Source: the human T2T-CHM13v2.0 reference genome, Homo sapiens. Taken from it: DNA of 64,000 nucleotides. The stretch is from NCBI RefSeq assembly GCF_009914755.1, contig NC_060932.1. The stretch is one strand, 5' to 3'. Shown here piece by piece: positions 32,366-43,554 of this stretch (position 1 is its first letter; each line of letters opens with the position of its first letter). Position numbers and translations under genes: made by a program. The notes beneath the pieces were generated by a model. The model searched no databases. It worked only from the letters and a program-made list of their open reading frames with translations, and was not told the origin of the DNA.

Positions 32366-32972
32366 AAGAAATTAAGAACAAGACCATTTATATTTAAGTG
32401 CCAACTTATGAAATGTAAAAAGGGATTTAGAGGTGACAAGGCAAGTGAGGGCTGGAGGATTTGGAGAGATTTCATGGTGTAGGGACTGAATAGGAGCTTC
32501 CAGAACATGGAGGTTTCAGATAAGTGAGGACACAGAAGTCTTCACAACCAGAGTGGGCACCACAGGACAATTCTACATCTATCTAGGACTCTGAGTTTTT
32601 GAAGGGTTTCCATATGCATTGTTTGGTTTGCTGCTTGCAACAACCCTGTTGTTTTAACTGAAGGTCTTAGGGCCTAGGGATTCCCCAGAGGCCACACAAC
32701 TTGCCAGTGGCAGGGGAAGGTCTTCCTCTTCCACAGCCTTCTCTGTCTTTCTCCCTTTATGGAGCATAATGAAATGTACGTGCACACATTCATGTAGATT
32801 TCATTATGTCCATGTAGAATTCATTTTGATTTCAAATATGTTTCCTTCCCAGAGAAATCCTGTGAAACTATGACATTGTTTTTCTCTCTCTCCTTCTCCA
32901 GGTCTTATTTTCCTTCTTTACCATCCTGATTAACTCTATTTTTGTTTGTTTTCTCTTCTTGCCCGCTCCCAG

Positions 32973-33201
32973 ACACGAATGCAGAGTTTGAGTCCAGATC
33001 CCAAAGCCCAGTACACAAGTATCTACGGAGCCCTCAAGAAAATCATGCGGACCGAAGGCTTCTGGAGGCCCTTGCGAGGCGTCAACGTCATGATCATGGG
33101 TGCAGGGCCGGCCCATGCCATGTATTTTGCCTGCTATGAAAACATGAAAAGGACTTTAAATGACGTTTTCCACCACCAAGGAAACAGCCACCTAGCCAAC
33201 G
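32973..33201 (+). CDS. SLC25A37: Mitoferrin-1 coding exon 2 (229 nt, phase 0 in, phase 1 out)
   Basis: Long pyrimidine tract and AG at 32971-32972. Translates [56 protein letters not shown]...GNSHLAN, including the mitochondrial carrier EGxxxxxRG motif. GT donor at 33202. Recognised as human mitoferrin-1. Confidence 0.97.
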
Positions 33202-33313
33202 GTATTTTGAAAGCGTTTGTCTGGAGTTAGAAAGTTCTCTTCTTCAACACGTCCCTCCCCAGGGTGTTCCTCCCTGTGACCCAGCCGCCTCGACTTCGGC
33301 CCGCTTGCTCACG

Positions 33314-33319
33314 AATAAA
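33314..33319 (+). terminator. Candidate intronic polyadenylation signal
   Basis: AATAAA about 80 nt after the read-through stop (TAG 33228-33230), followed by ttgtgtgtg. Confidence 0.4.
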
Positions 33320-33352
33320 GAACTCAGAGTTGTGTGTGCAATGCACACCCAG

Positions 33353-33387
33353 ACACACGCACGCACACACACGCGCGCGCACACACA
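33353..33387. repeat. (CA)n/(CG)n tract near the 5' end of intron 2
   Basis: acacacgcacgcacacacacgcgcgcgcacacaca. Confidence 0.92.
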
Positions 33388-35178
33388 TGCTTTTTTCTGT
33401 TCCCCTCCGCTTTCTGAAGCCTGGGGAGAAATCAGTGACAGAGGTGTTTTGGTTTTATTGTTATGTGGGTTTTCTTTTGTATTTTTTTTTGTTTGTTTTG
33501 TTTTTAAACATTCAAAAGCAATTAATGATCAGACATAGGAGAAACCCTGAATAGAAACAAAACTTTTGAATGCTGGATTCAAAAAAAAAAAAAAGTTATC
33601 TGGACAGCTTCTTTGAGACTATTTAAAAACTGGTACAACAGGTCTCTACAACGCCAAGATCTAACTAAGCTTTAAAAGGTCAAGAAGTTTTATGGCTGAC
33701 AAAGGACTCGCGCAACGCAGAAGGCCTTTCCCACCTTAAGCTTCCGGGGATCTGGGAATTTTACCCCCATTCTCTTCTGTTTGTCTGAGTCTCATCTCTC
33801 TGCAAGCAAGGGCTGAAATCATTTTGTTTGGTTGTTTTGAGGGAGAGAGGCGGGGTGGGGGGGTGCAAATCTGCCAGCAGCTCTTACGTAAGGCATGTTT
33901 TATTGGGGAGGGCTGAGCTTTTATTTTCTCCTCTCCAGTGGGGTTGGCTTTTATTGTTTCTTGTTTGGGTTTGGAATGGAAATATGGATAGCAGCATAAA
34001 GTACTTTTATTTTGACAAAATTCATTTTTTTCAACAATGGAGACATAGATTTGACCCACAATAACTTCTCCCCCTCTCTTTTTACTCTGCTCAAAAAGCA
34101 TCTCTCCTCCCATTACCCAACCTTGGTCATAAGTGTGCCTGGCTGGTTTGCAGATATTTGTTCTGCTTTGTAAAAATTGGCCATTAGTGCATTTATTGAG
34201 ATGATCTCTAAAGAGCTATGCCCTGACCTACCCCTGATTCTATGACATTGGGGCCCTTCTTTTGCTGAAACTGCCTTACGTAATGGTTTTACTCCTTGAA
34301 AGAGATTTGACGGAATCCATTTTATGCCAAGTGCTGCCCTGCACTGTTTCTGCAATATGTGGTGTATGCTGTGGTGATCTTGCTGGGAATGATTATAAGT
34401 GTGTGTGTGGTGGGGGAGTGGGTATTACATGCATTGCTGAAGAGTCATCCTGGTGTTCCTCATTCCTCCCACCTTCCCGTGGTCATTTTAATTACGGGGC
34501 AGTGTCACCGCAAAGGGAGGAAACTCAAAGCCGAAAGCAAAATTCCAGGCCTGATTCTGGCTTTTGAGGTTCCTGGTTCTTGAAGCCAGGCCTGACCCGA
34601 CTCTCAGATGGGGTCAGTCCCGTCGCTTTGCAGACTGACCCTGGAAATCTACAAAATGCAGATTTTCCTGATTTCCTCTTCTCTTGCCCAGTTTTTTTTT
34701 TTTTTTTTTTTTTAAAGCCTGGATTGTAACCAGATTTTCTTTTTTCCCCCTTCTCAGCTGTAGATATGATATCTCCTTTCAGGGCCCCAGCTAAAGGGCA
34801 AAGTGAGTTAATGTGTAGACAAAGGCGAGGGACAAGAGAGAGTTAACATCTAGACAGTGGAAAAAGCCATGGTGTGTGGTTTCTGGGAACCACCAACACT
34901 TGCAGGTTTAGCTTTTTCCCAGGGTTGACTACAAGAAAGAAAACCATGTTTTTGCAAGATTAAAATGTGGTTGAGTGTGCCTAAATTAACCATCCCCATT
35001 TTTATCATATTTCCACCATCACTTCAGGGTTTTAAGAGTCAGTGCTCACCTGGGCGGAGCTGGTAGTACATTTTGCTTCTTAGAAAGCTAAGTCCTGGGT
35101 TCCGTCTGATTTTAGGTTCCAGGAACTTCCTGAGAACACCCGATCGCAGAGGGTAATTTTCTGGAGTTTGTTTTGCAG

Positions 35179-35235
35179 GGATAGCTGGGAGTATGGCCAC
35201 CCTGCTCCACGATGCGGTAATGAATCCAGCAGAAG
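35179..35235 (+). CDS. SLC25A37: Mitoferrin-1 coding exon 3 (57 nt, phase 1/1); missed by the ORF track
   Basis: tttgttttgcAG|GGATAGCT...GCAGAAG|GTaatg. Spliced to exon 2 it reads GIAGSMATLLHDAVMNPAE, and with exon 4 it completes the carrier signature P-A-E-V-V-K-Q-R. Confidence 0.96.
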
Positions 35236-35444
35236 GTAATGTTTCATGGTCCCAGGGAGGGGCAGTAGGGGATGTGCAAAGGGGCACAAAAAATGGTTGT
35301 GGGAGAGTGGAGAGGACTGAAGGTGGGCAGAGCGGCTCCTAGTCTCCAGTCAGAGCAGACAGGAGAATTGAATTTTTTACTACGTTATCAAAGGCCTCAA
35401 GAAAGGACGTGAACATAAGAGTTTTTGGTATTCCTGTGCTCGGA

Positions 35445-36230
<786 letters not shown>

Positions 36231-36255
36231 TGCACTATTCTAAAACCTATGTGTG

Positions 36256-36258
<3 letters not shown>

Positions 36259-36294
<36 letters not shown>
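36259..36294. repeat. (CA)n microsatellite
   Basis: Direct reading. Confidence 0.96.
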
Positions 36295-36298
<4 letters not shown>

Positions 36299-38200
36299 TC
36301 TCTTAGCCCTTGTTAACCCTTATCGATCCTAGACAAATGTATGGGGAACCCATCAGAGGCTATTCTTTAGGGCTAGTGTTCAATTTGACTGTTTTTAATA
36401 TGAAAGATTATGGATCACATTTCAAACAGATGTGAACGTGGAGAGAATAATACGATGTACCGCAGTGTGTCCATCACTGTTCTTCAGAAATTCACATTGG
36501 GTCATTTTGTTTTAGCCATCTCTTTCCACATTATCTTCTTTTTGTTCTTTTAAATTTCGGGGGTAATATGAAGCAAGCCTCAGCTGGGCAGACCAGAGTC
36601 TGTTCCCTTTTTATATATCCCGGCGTCTTAGCCGGGTACTCGTGTCTGAATAGTGAGTACCTTTTGGGCCTGGCACTGGGCAGGCCTTCAGCTGGGTCAT
36701 TCTCTACCTGGCGATGGCTTTAGGTGAGTTGTGGAGCTCTTTTCACCTTTTTGCCTCATCTGAAAATAGTTCCTGGCCAGAAGGGAGAATTGGTGAGAAA
36801 AGTTTCAACATTTTAAGTCTCATGCTATAAGTTTGCCTGTCTTTTGTCTTTCAAGGTGAAGCTATTAAATTTGTTCTCAGCTACCCTCCATGTCCTAGCA
36901 GATAGAGGACTTGGTCTGACCTTCAGGGTTGTGATGGGGCAGGTTGGGAGGTGGGCGGGGAGTCTCTGTGGTCTGGGTGCTGAGGTTGACCCGATGGGCA
37001 GGTGAAGAAAATCACCTTCTCCATTCCCCTTGATTTCTTTATCGTGTGCCGCACGAGGCATGCTGAAGGGACACACACCTTTCCCCCTTTTTATTTACAA
37101 AGTAGAGAGCTGAGAAAGACAGCTCATGTTCTGTTTTGTTTTGTACACATTATCTTTCTCAAGAGATGTGATGTCCTTAAGTAAACTGACCTGCCTTCAT
37201 GGCTTGTCCTGTAATGAATGCGTTCAAGACAGTGTTTTGGGGACAGGAAAGAGGCATTCTTAGGTAAGCGGTGGTGGGGGGTGGGGTGGGGTGGAGAGGA
37301 AACCCTTCTAGGAAGTAGTTCAATGAAAAACCTAAAAATGCCCAAATAAACATTCGCTTACATATTATATATCTTGGGCTTCTTTTTATGACAGTTCATT
37401 CAGGGACCCAGTCAGTAAACAGGTAGTTAACTTCGTGTAACCAAGCAAGGGTTTTGTTTATCTTTTTTAAAGTAGAAAAAAGTGAGGCTCAAACTCTCTC
37501 TTTCTCCTTGTCATAACTATTGGTTTACAGTCTTTATTTGTTTAAAAGTAAAGCACATTGTATGTATTTATTTGGCAATACATGAGGCCATTAAAACCCT
37601 GAGCCTAAGGTACCACAGTTAGTCTCATTTGCCTCTTGTCCTGTGAACTCCACTTAGAATGTCATTGAACTTGGGCAGACATAATTCTAGTGTCTGTTCC
37701 AAACGCACTGTGTCACAGAAGCTAGAATTACCATTAGAGGCACAAACCCCTGAGAATACACAAGGGGGCACGCTTCCAGTAGATGTGTTGGGGAAGGAGG
37801 AGGGCAGAGGGGACAGGGGACAGGATTCAGCTTTGTGGTGGGTCCTGAGGGTTCCTACCAGGGGTAGCCAGGATCTGGGAAACAGATCAGCGACTCTAGT
37901 CTGAAGTGGCTGCCTGGTTCGGGGGCTGCCTTCAGCAAGATTCAGGCAGGAGAGACGGAAATAGCCACCTTCCAGGCGTGAGTCCTGGAGATAAAAATGG
38001 ATTTTAACCTAGGACTGCCGGGAGCTGGCCCTCCGCGGCTGCTCAGACTAGGGCTGTGTGTGCTGGCTCTCGCCTGTTTCCGGTGTCTAACTGGCTTGTT
38101 TCTCTTTATGGCTTGGCTTCATTCCGACCTGGGGTGGGGCCACATCCAACCCACTGCCCACTGGCTGTCCGTCTGGCCTGCCCCGCGGTTCCAACCACAG

Positions 38201-38721
38201 TGGTGAAGCAGCGCTTGCAGATGTACAACTCGCAGCACCGGTCAGCAATCAGCTGCATCCGGACGGTGTGGAGGACCGAGGGGTTGGGGGCCTTCTACCG
38301 GAGCTACACCACGCAGCTGACCATGAACATCCCCTTCCAGTCCATCCACTTCATCACCTATGAGTTCCTGCAGGAGCAGGTCAACCCCCACCGGACCTAC
38401 AACCCGCAGTCCCACATCATCTCAGGCGGGCTGGCCGGGGCCCTCGCCGCGGCCGCCACGACCCCCCTGGACGTCTGTAAGACCCTTCTGAACACTCAGG
38501 AGAACGTGGCCCTCTCGCTGGCCAACATCAGCGGCCGGCTGTCGGGTATGGCCAATGCCTTCCGGACGGTGTACCAGCTCAACGGCCTGGCCGGCTACTT
38601 CAAAGGCATCCAGGCGCGTGTCATCTACCAGATGCCCTCCACCGCCATTTCTTGGTCTGTCTATGAGTTCTTCAAGTACTTTCTCACCAAGCGCCAGCTG
38701 GAAAATCGAGCTCCATACTAA
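38201..38721 (+). CDS. SLC25A37: Mitoferrin-1 last coding exon (521 nt including TAA)
   Basis: cacAG|TGGTGAAGCAG. Encodes VKQRLQMY...EGLGAFYRS...TPLDVCKT...NGLAGYFKG...LENRAPY*, i.e. the second and third carrier repeats. Confidence 0.97.
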
Positions 38722-39066
38722 AGGAAGGGATCATAGAATCTTTTCTTAAAGTCATTCTCTGCCTGCATCCAGCCCCTTGCCCTCTCCTCACACGTAGATC
38801 ATTTTTTTTTTGCAGGGTGCTGCCTATGGGCCCTCTGCTCCCCAATGCCTTAGAGAGAGGAGGGGACGGCACGGCCGCTCACCGGAAGGCTGTGTGCGGG
38901 GACATCCGAGGTGGTGGTGGACAGGAAGGACTTGGGAAGGGGAGCGAGAAATTGCTTTTTCTCTTCCTCCCTGGGCAGAATGTAGCTTTTCTGCTTCACT
39001 GTGGCAGCCTCCTCCCTGGATCCTTAGATCCCAGAGGAGGGAAGAAAATTTGCAGTGACTGAAAAC

Positions 39067-39069
<3 letters not shown>

Positions 39070-39110
<41 letters not shown>
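39070..39110 (+). repeat. A41 homopolymer in the 3' UTR
   Basis: Direct count; no Alu body precedes it. Confidence 0.95.
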
Positions 39111-39113
<3 letters not shown>

Positions 39114-39392
39114 ATGTATATAAAAGTTGCATTACACAGTACAAAATAGATGGATAATGTTTATCCTTTATTTTTCTATGTAGAAGTTTTTGAATTTGTG
39201 TGTGTGCTTGTGCGTGTCTACACCTAGTATTACGGCTGGGACTCTCCAGCTGTTTTTGTTGTTGTTATGTTTTTAAGAGGGTTGAATTCTTCCATCAGGT
39301 GAACGAAAAAGGCAACAAAGTAATAAATCAGTGAATGTGGCCGGCAGCTGTGTTTAGCCCCTCCAGATGGAAGTTTCACTTGAATGTAAAAT

Positions 39393-39398
39393 AATAAA
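39393..39398 (+). terminator. Proximal polyadenylation signal
   Basis: TGTA at 39385, then AATAAA, then a U-rich downstream tract. A further AATAAA sits at 39322-39327. Confidence 0.7.
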
Positions 39399-41044
39399 GT
39401 TTATATTTTGAATTTCTCTTTTCATGGGGGAAAAAAGGTACGTTAAAAAAATCAAAATAATGATATGTCACTTGCAGCTACCTTTTTTTTTCTTTTAAAT
39501 TCAATCAGCCACCTTCATGTGCCTTTTTCCTTTGTCTTTCCCCAAAATTCCAGGACCAGAGATCTGGCCCTGGCCTATTTTCTCTTGCTGTGTACACACA
39601 CGCACACATGCTGGGTGGCAGGATCTCGCCCGCTGGAGGGTGGTGGAGCCCAGTAGAATTGGGGTGACTGGGCATAAACCTGCTGAGACTGCTTCCTTCC
39701 CTGGTTGTGAGTGATGTGAATGCCTGCCTTCCCCGGTCAGCACTTAGAAGCCCTTGATAGGCAGCATTTGGCGACTTGTGGGGCAGGTGTTTGGGATAAA
39801 TCCTACCTTCATCCTAGGACTTATTTCTGCATCAGCCTTTTAACTCAGGCACTTCAGGTAACGTGATCTATGTGTGTTTTGACTGAATCTCATCTCCTGT
39901 GTTTCCCTGTGCAGTCTAGGGAAGCATGTCTCCAGTCTTTGTCCCTGTCTTGTCCCAACCATTAATTCTCATGTCACAGCTTCTCACTGCATGTGACAAG
40001 AGCCAGGCCTATCTGCTAGGGCCCTGCGGCTGAGGTCTGACCTGGACCCTCATGCCCGAGTCGGAAGACCCCTCTCCAGAAGCCATTCTGCATCCTTGTC
40101 TGCTCTGCGTCACCCGAGAACACAGGCTTCGCAGCCTCGCTTTCTGAAATGGTGTGTGCCGAGTCAGATTGCCGCTCAGAGAAAATACAAGCCCGTTTTC
40201 CCTAGCTGTGCCATTTGGTGCTCTGCCAGGCTGCCGTGCAAGGGAATACCGACGAGACGAGCTGCACTGTCTCTGATTTGGAGCCCTCACCGGAGCTTGT
40301 CTTTAAAAATGAGCAGGAAGCTCATGTATGTTTGCATTTCAGTGAGCCGGGTCCTGACCTGCCGCCACCCATCACGGTCAGCGTGGTGCATCTTACCGAG
40401 GAGGCGCAGGCCTGGATTCTTTTGAGTGGTGCTACTGCCTAGGAAGTAACACGTGGAGAATTTCCATCTTGGGACCATGCACACAGTGCCTTGGGGAGTA
40501 GATTTTGCCCTAATAGCGATGAAGAATTTTATCAGTCAGTGGAGTTCCTTTTTCAGATCAGGGATGGGAAAGAGCCAAACTGGGTACCTCCCACGTGTGC
40601 CCCGTGAACAGCCCTTTGCAGCTGGGCTGTGGGGCTTGGCTGCTGCCCTGTCCCATCTGGCAGTTAACGCCTTCTCCCTGCTCTGCCCCCCACTCCCCAA
40701 AACCAGTTGCAGCCTCAACCCACATGGGGATGTAGAAAGCCGTAAAGTCCACGCTACTGTTGAAAATGTTTACATCTCCGCTCTCAACCTGCCTTGGGTT
40801 CGTGTTAAATGGTGTTAAATTCTGCAAATGGAGGGGAAAAAAATCAAATTCTAAATTTCAAAGTAGAATTTAAAGCAAATTTGTAAAAAAATTATCCTAC
40901 CACCCCTTTTGGTCCACTTAAGATATGCCACGCTGAAGCAAGGTATTTCCTACTGGATTTTGCTTTCACTGGTGTTTAGAAAATAAACTTGATTTCTCTA
41001 GGAGCACTCCTTTGGTTAGAGGGATGCAAGAAGGAGAGGTGAAG

Positions 41045-41440
<396 letters not shown>

Positions 41441-42304
41441 TCATCAGGAGGTTGAGAAAAGCCTTGAAAGTTGTGAAGCACTGAGCAGATACAAGTGTTT
41501 GTTAATTTTGTAGAAATTAACTTTCCCATCTGGCCTTTATCTCCAAAGTTGGTATTGTTGCTCCACGCAGACTGCAGTCCGGTTTCTTATTGTGACTTTG
41601 ACAATGCAAAGTGCAAAATAGGAAGAGGCCTCCCCACCCCACTATCCCACCCTGGTGACCAATTCAGTGTAACCATTGCACGTACTCAGTCATTGGTGTC
41701 TTTGGAGTGACATCTGCAGCCAGTTAGTGCCACCTGAGTACAGCACTCGTACTTTTACATGATGTGTGTGTGAGTAGCTCTTCTGTCCAAACCATGATTT
41801 GAGGTTCAACTACCTGTAGATCAAAGCTTTATTTTAGAACGATAAACTGATTTTTTCCAAATGGGTGAAATCTTCTCCCCATGACTATGTTTTCTTAACT
41901 TTGCATTGAATCTATTTACTGGGTTACATTCTATGTGTAGTTTGCTTTCTTCATTTTTTTTTCTTTTAAAATGCTCATGTCTTATTCCAAGCACCTTCCT
42001 CCAAAGTCCCCATAAAGCTGCATCTCCAACACATTGTTATGCCAATAAGGTTTTATTTAACTTTATTTAAGGATGATTGTGTCTTTGAATGACAAATGTA
42101 CTGCTGCTTCCTACCTGCAAGACGCACAATGTATGTTTCAAGGGTGAGCAAGTGTTATTTCTTAAATTTCTCAAATGCCTGTAGTAACTATTGTTTCTGC
42201 CTCTCAATTGTTGCCAGCTCTTTGAAGAAGGGGAGAATTGTGTGTTTTTGTGTGGGGATGTTTCTGATATGCTGCTACAGTTGCAAAACACTGGAGCTAG
42301 AGAA

Positions 42305-42310
42305 AATAAA
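42305..42310 (+). terminator. Distal polyadenylation signal
   Basis: AATAAA followed by GT-rich gtgttgtggg about 15 nt later. Confidence 0.65.
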
Positions 42311-43357
42311 GTACTGATCTTCGAAGTGTTGTGGGCTCTGTGGTGGGAATCCTGAAATGAGAAGGGAGTGGATGGCAAGAGGGGACGTCCTTCACGGGGC
42401 CTATGCTTGTTCCTCTTGAGCACTAAGGACCAAGGTCTGCAGCTTTGATAGGAACAGCCCCTGCAACCCCATTTCCCCAGGGCAAGCAGATTGATGGTGG
42501 TGTTTGCATTGTCTTGCTGGGCAGGAGCGGGAGCCCTCCCACTGGCTTGGCTCACCATGCTGGCGAGGGTGGCACTTTTCTTTCTCATTGTGAGAGCCTG
42601 GCTGTGTGTGGCAGGCTACAAGTGGTTCTTTGGAACGTGCTGTGCTCATGCCTGTTTTCTCTGTCTTACACCTCAGCTTAAGCAAGAGAACGTGACCTCT
42701 TTTGGAGGTGGGAGGAGGGAAGGTTTGGACCCCTTTGAGAAGCCAGGGATGACTCTGATGCTTCCCACAAGTTTGAAAGTCTGAGCACCCACCTTCAGTA
42801 TGACCACTGAAGCCCTTGGCCTGCCATGGTCAGGGTCAGAATTGAGGTCAGGCCTGAGAACTGGCCAATGCAGGGGTGCCCGGAGGTGGAAAGGGGTGGT
42901 GGTTAGCGGATGGGGAGCGTTGGGATAAACTCCCTGTTTTGTAATTTACCTATGGCCAATGCTGTGCTACTCCAACTTGTGGTTGCTTCCCCTCCTCTGG
43001 GGTGGGCGGCACAGCTGGTCTGCTTCCAGTAGATATGGATTCATTCAACAGATATCCCCCCTCTCCCTCCACCATGGAATCAGTCAGCCAACAAATTGGC
43101 TGTGCCTCCCATGAGCAGAGCCTCATTCAGGTGCTGGGGACAGAATGAAGTATATGATGTGGTCCCTGTCCTCGAAGGCCTTACAGCCTAGTAGAAGAGT
43201 ACAAGGGGAGATGCAAACTCCTTAAGACAATCAGATCTTGACCCATCAAGATGGTAGCAAAGTCAGCCATGGAAGCAAAACAGTAGCTTTGTGCCCATTA
43301 GACCAAGCTTCATGAGACAGTGGCCTTGTCTGTCCTATTTGCTGCTTTATTCCCAGC

Positions 43358-43554
43358 CAGTGGTGTGCTGGGGCTGGCCCTGCACCAGCTCTCTAGGTTG
43401 TACAGCGCACATTCCTTCCCAGCTTCACATTCCATATTACCATGTTGGTAGCTTGAAATCAGCAACAGTGGGAATATTTACACCACAGAAATCGTCAAGC
43501 GCTACTTATCAAGGCCTTTGCTTTTCCAATAGCTGGTTCATCAGCACACCACTG
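43358..43554. mobile_element. MER63-like hAT MITE inserted in an L2 3' end relic
   Basis: Perfect 13-bp terminal inverted repeats cagtggtgtgctg / cagcacaccactg. Confidence 0.8.

Larger units (their letters stand above)
33202..35178 (+). other. SLC25A37: SLC25A37 intron 2 (1977 nt), the intron known to be retained in erythroid cells
   Basis: GT..AG boundaries between exons 2 and 3, with no Alu inside. Retention is established knowledge and is not visible from the DNA. Confidence 0.9.

Noticed and set aside
34495-34510. Possible iron-responsive element (CAGTGT loop) in intron 2; also CAGTGA at ~39053 and ~39329 in the 3' UTR
   Set aside because: The upper stems have mismatches and the bulged C five pairs below the loop is absent, so no canonical IRE was seen at these sites. 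A full SIREs scan was not possible.
35039-35289. Minus-strand ORFs across exon 3
   Set aside because: Antisense shadows with no domain; the + strand spliced frame explains the region.
38056-38200. Upstream extension of the 221-aa ORF ([11 protein letters not shown]...)
   Set aside because: It begins at a non-ATG codon in intron 3, and carrier homology starts only at the acceptor 38201.
42067-42588. 173-aa minus-strand ORF over the distal poly(A) region
   Set aside because: No recognisable domain or splice support; compatible with chance.
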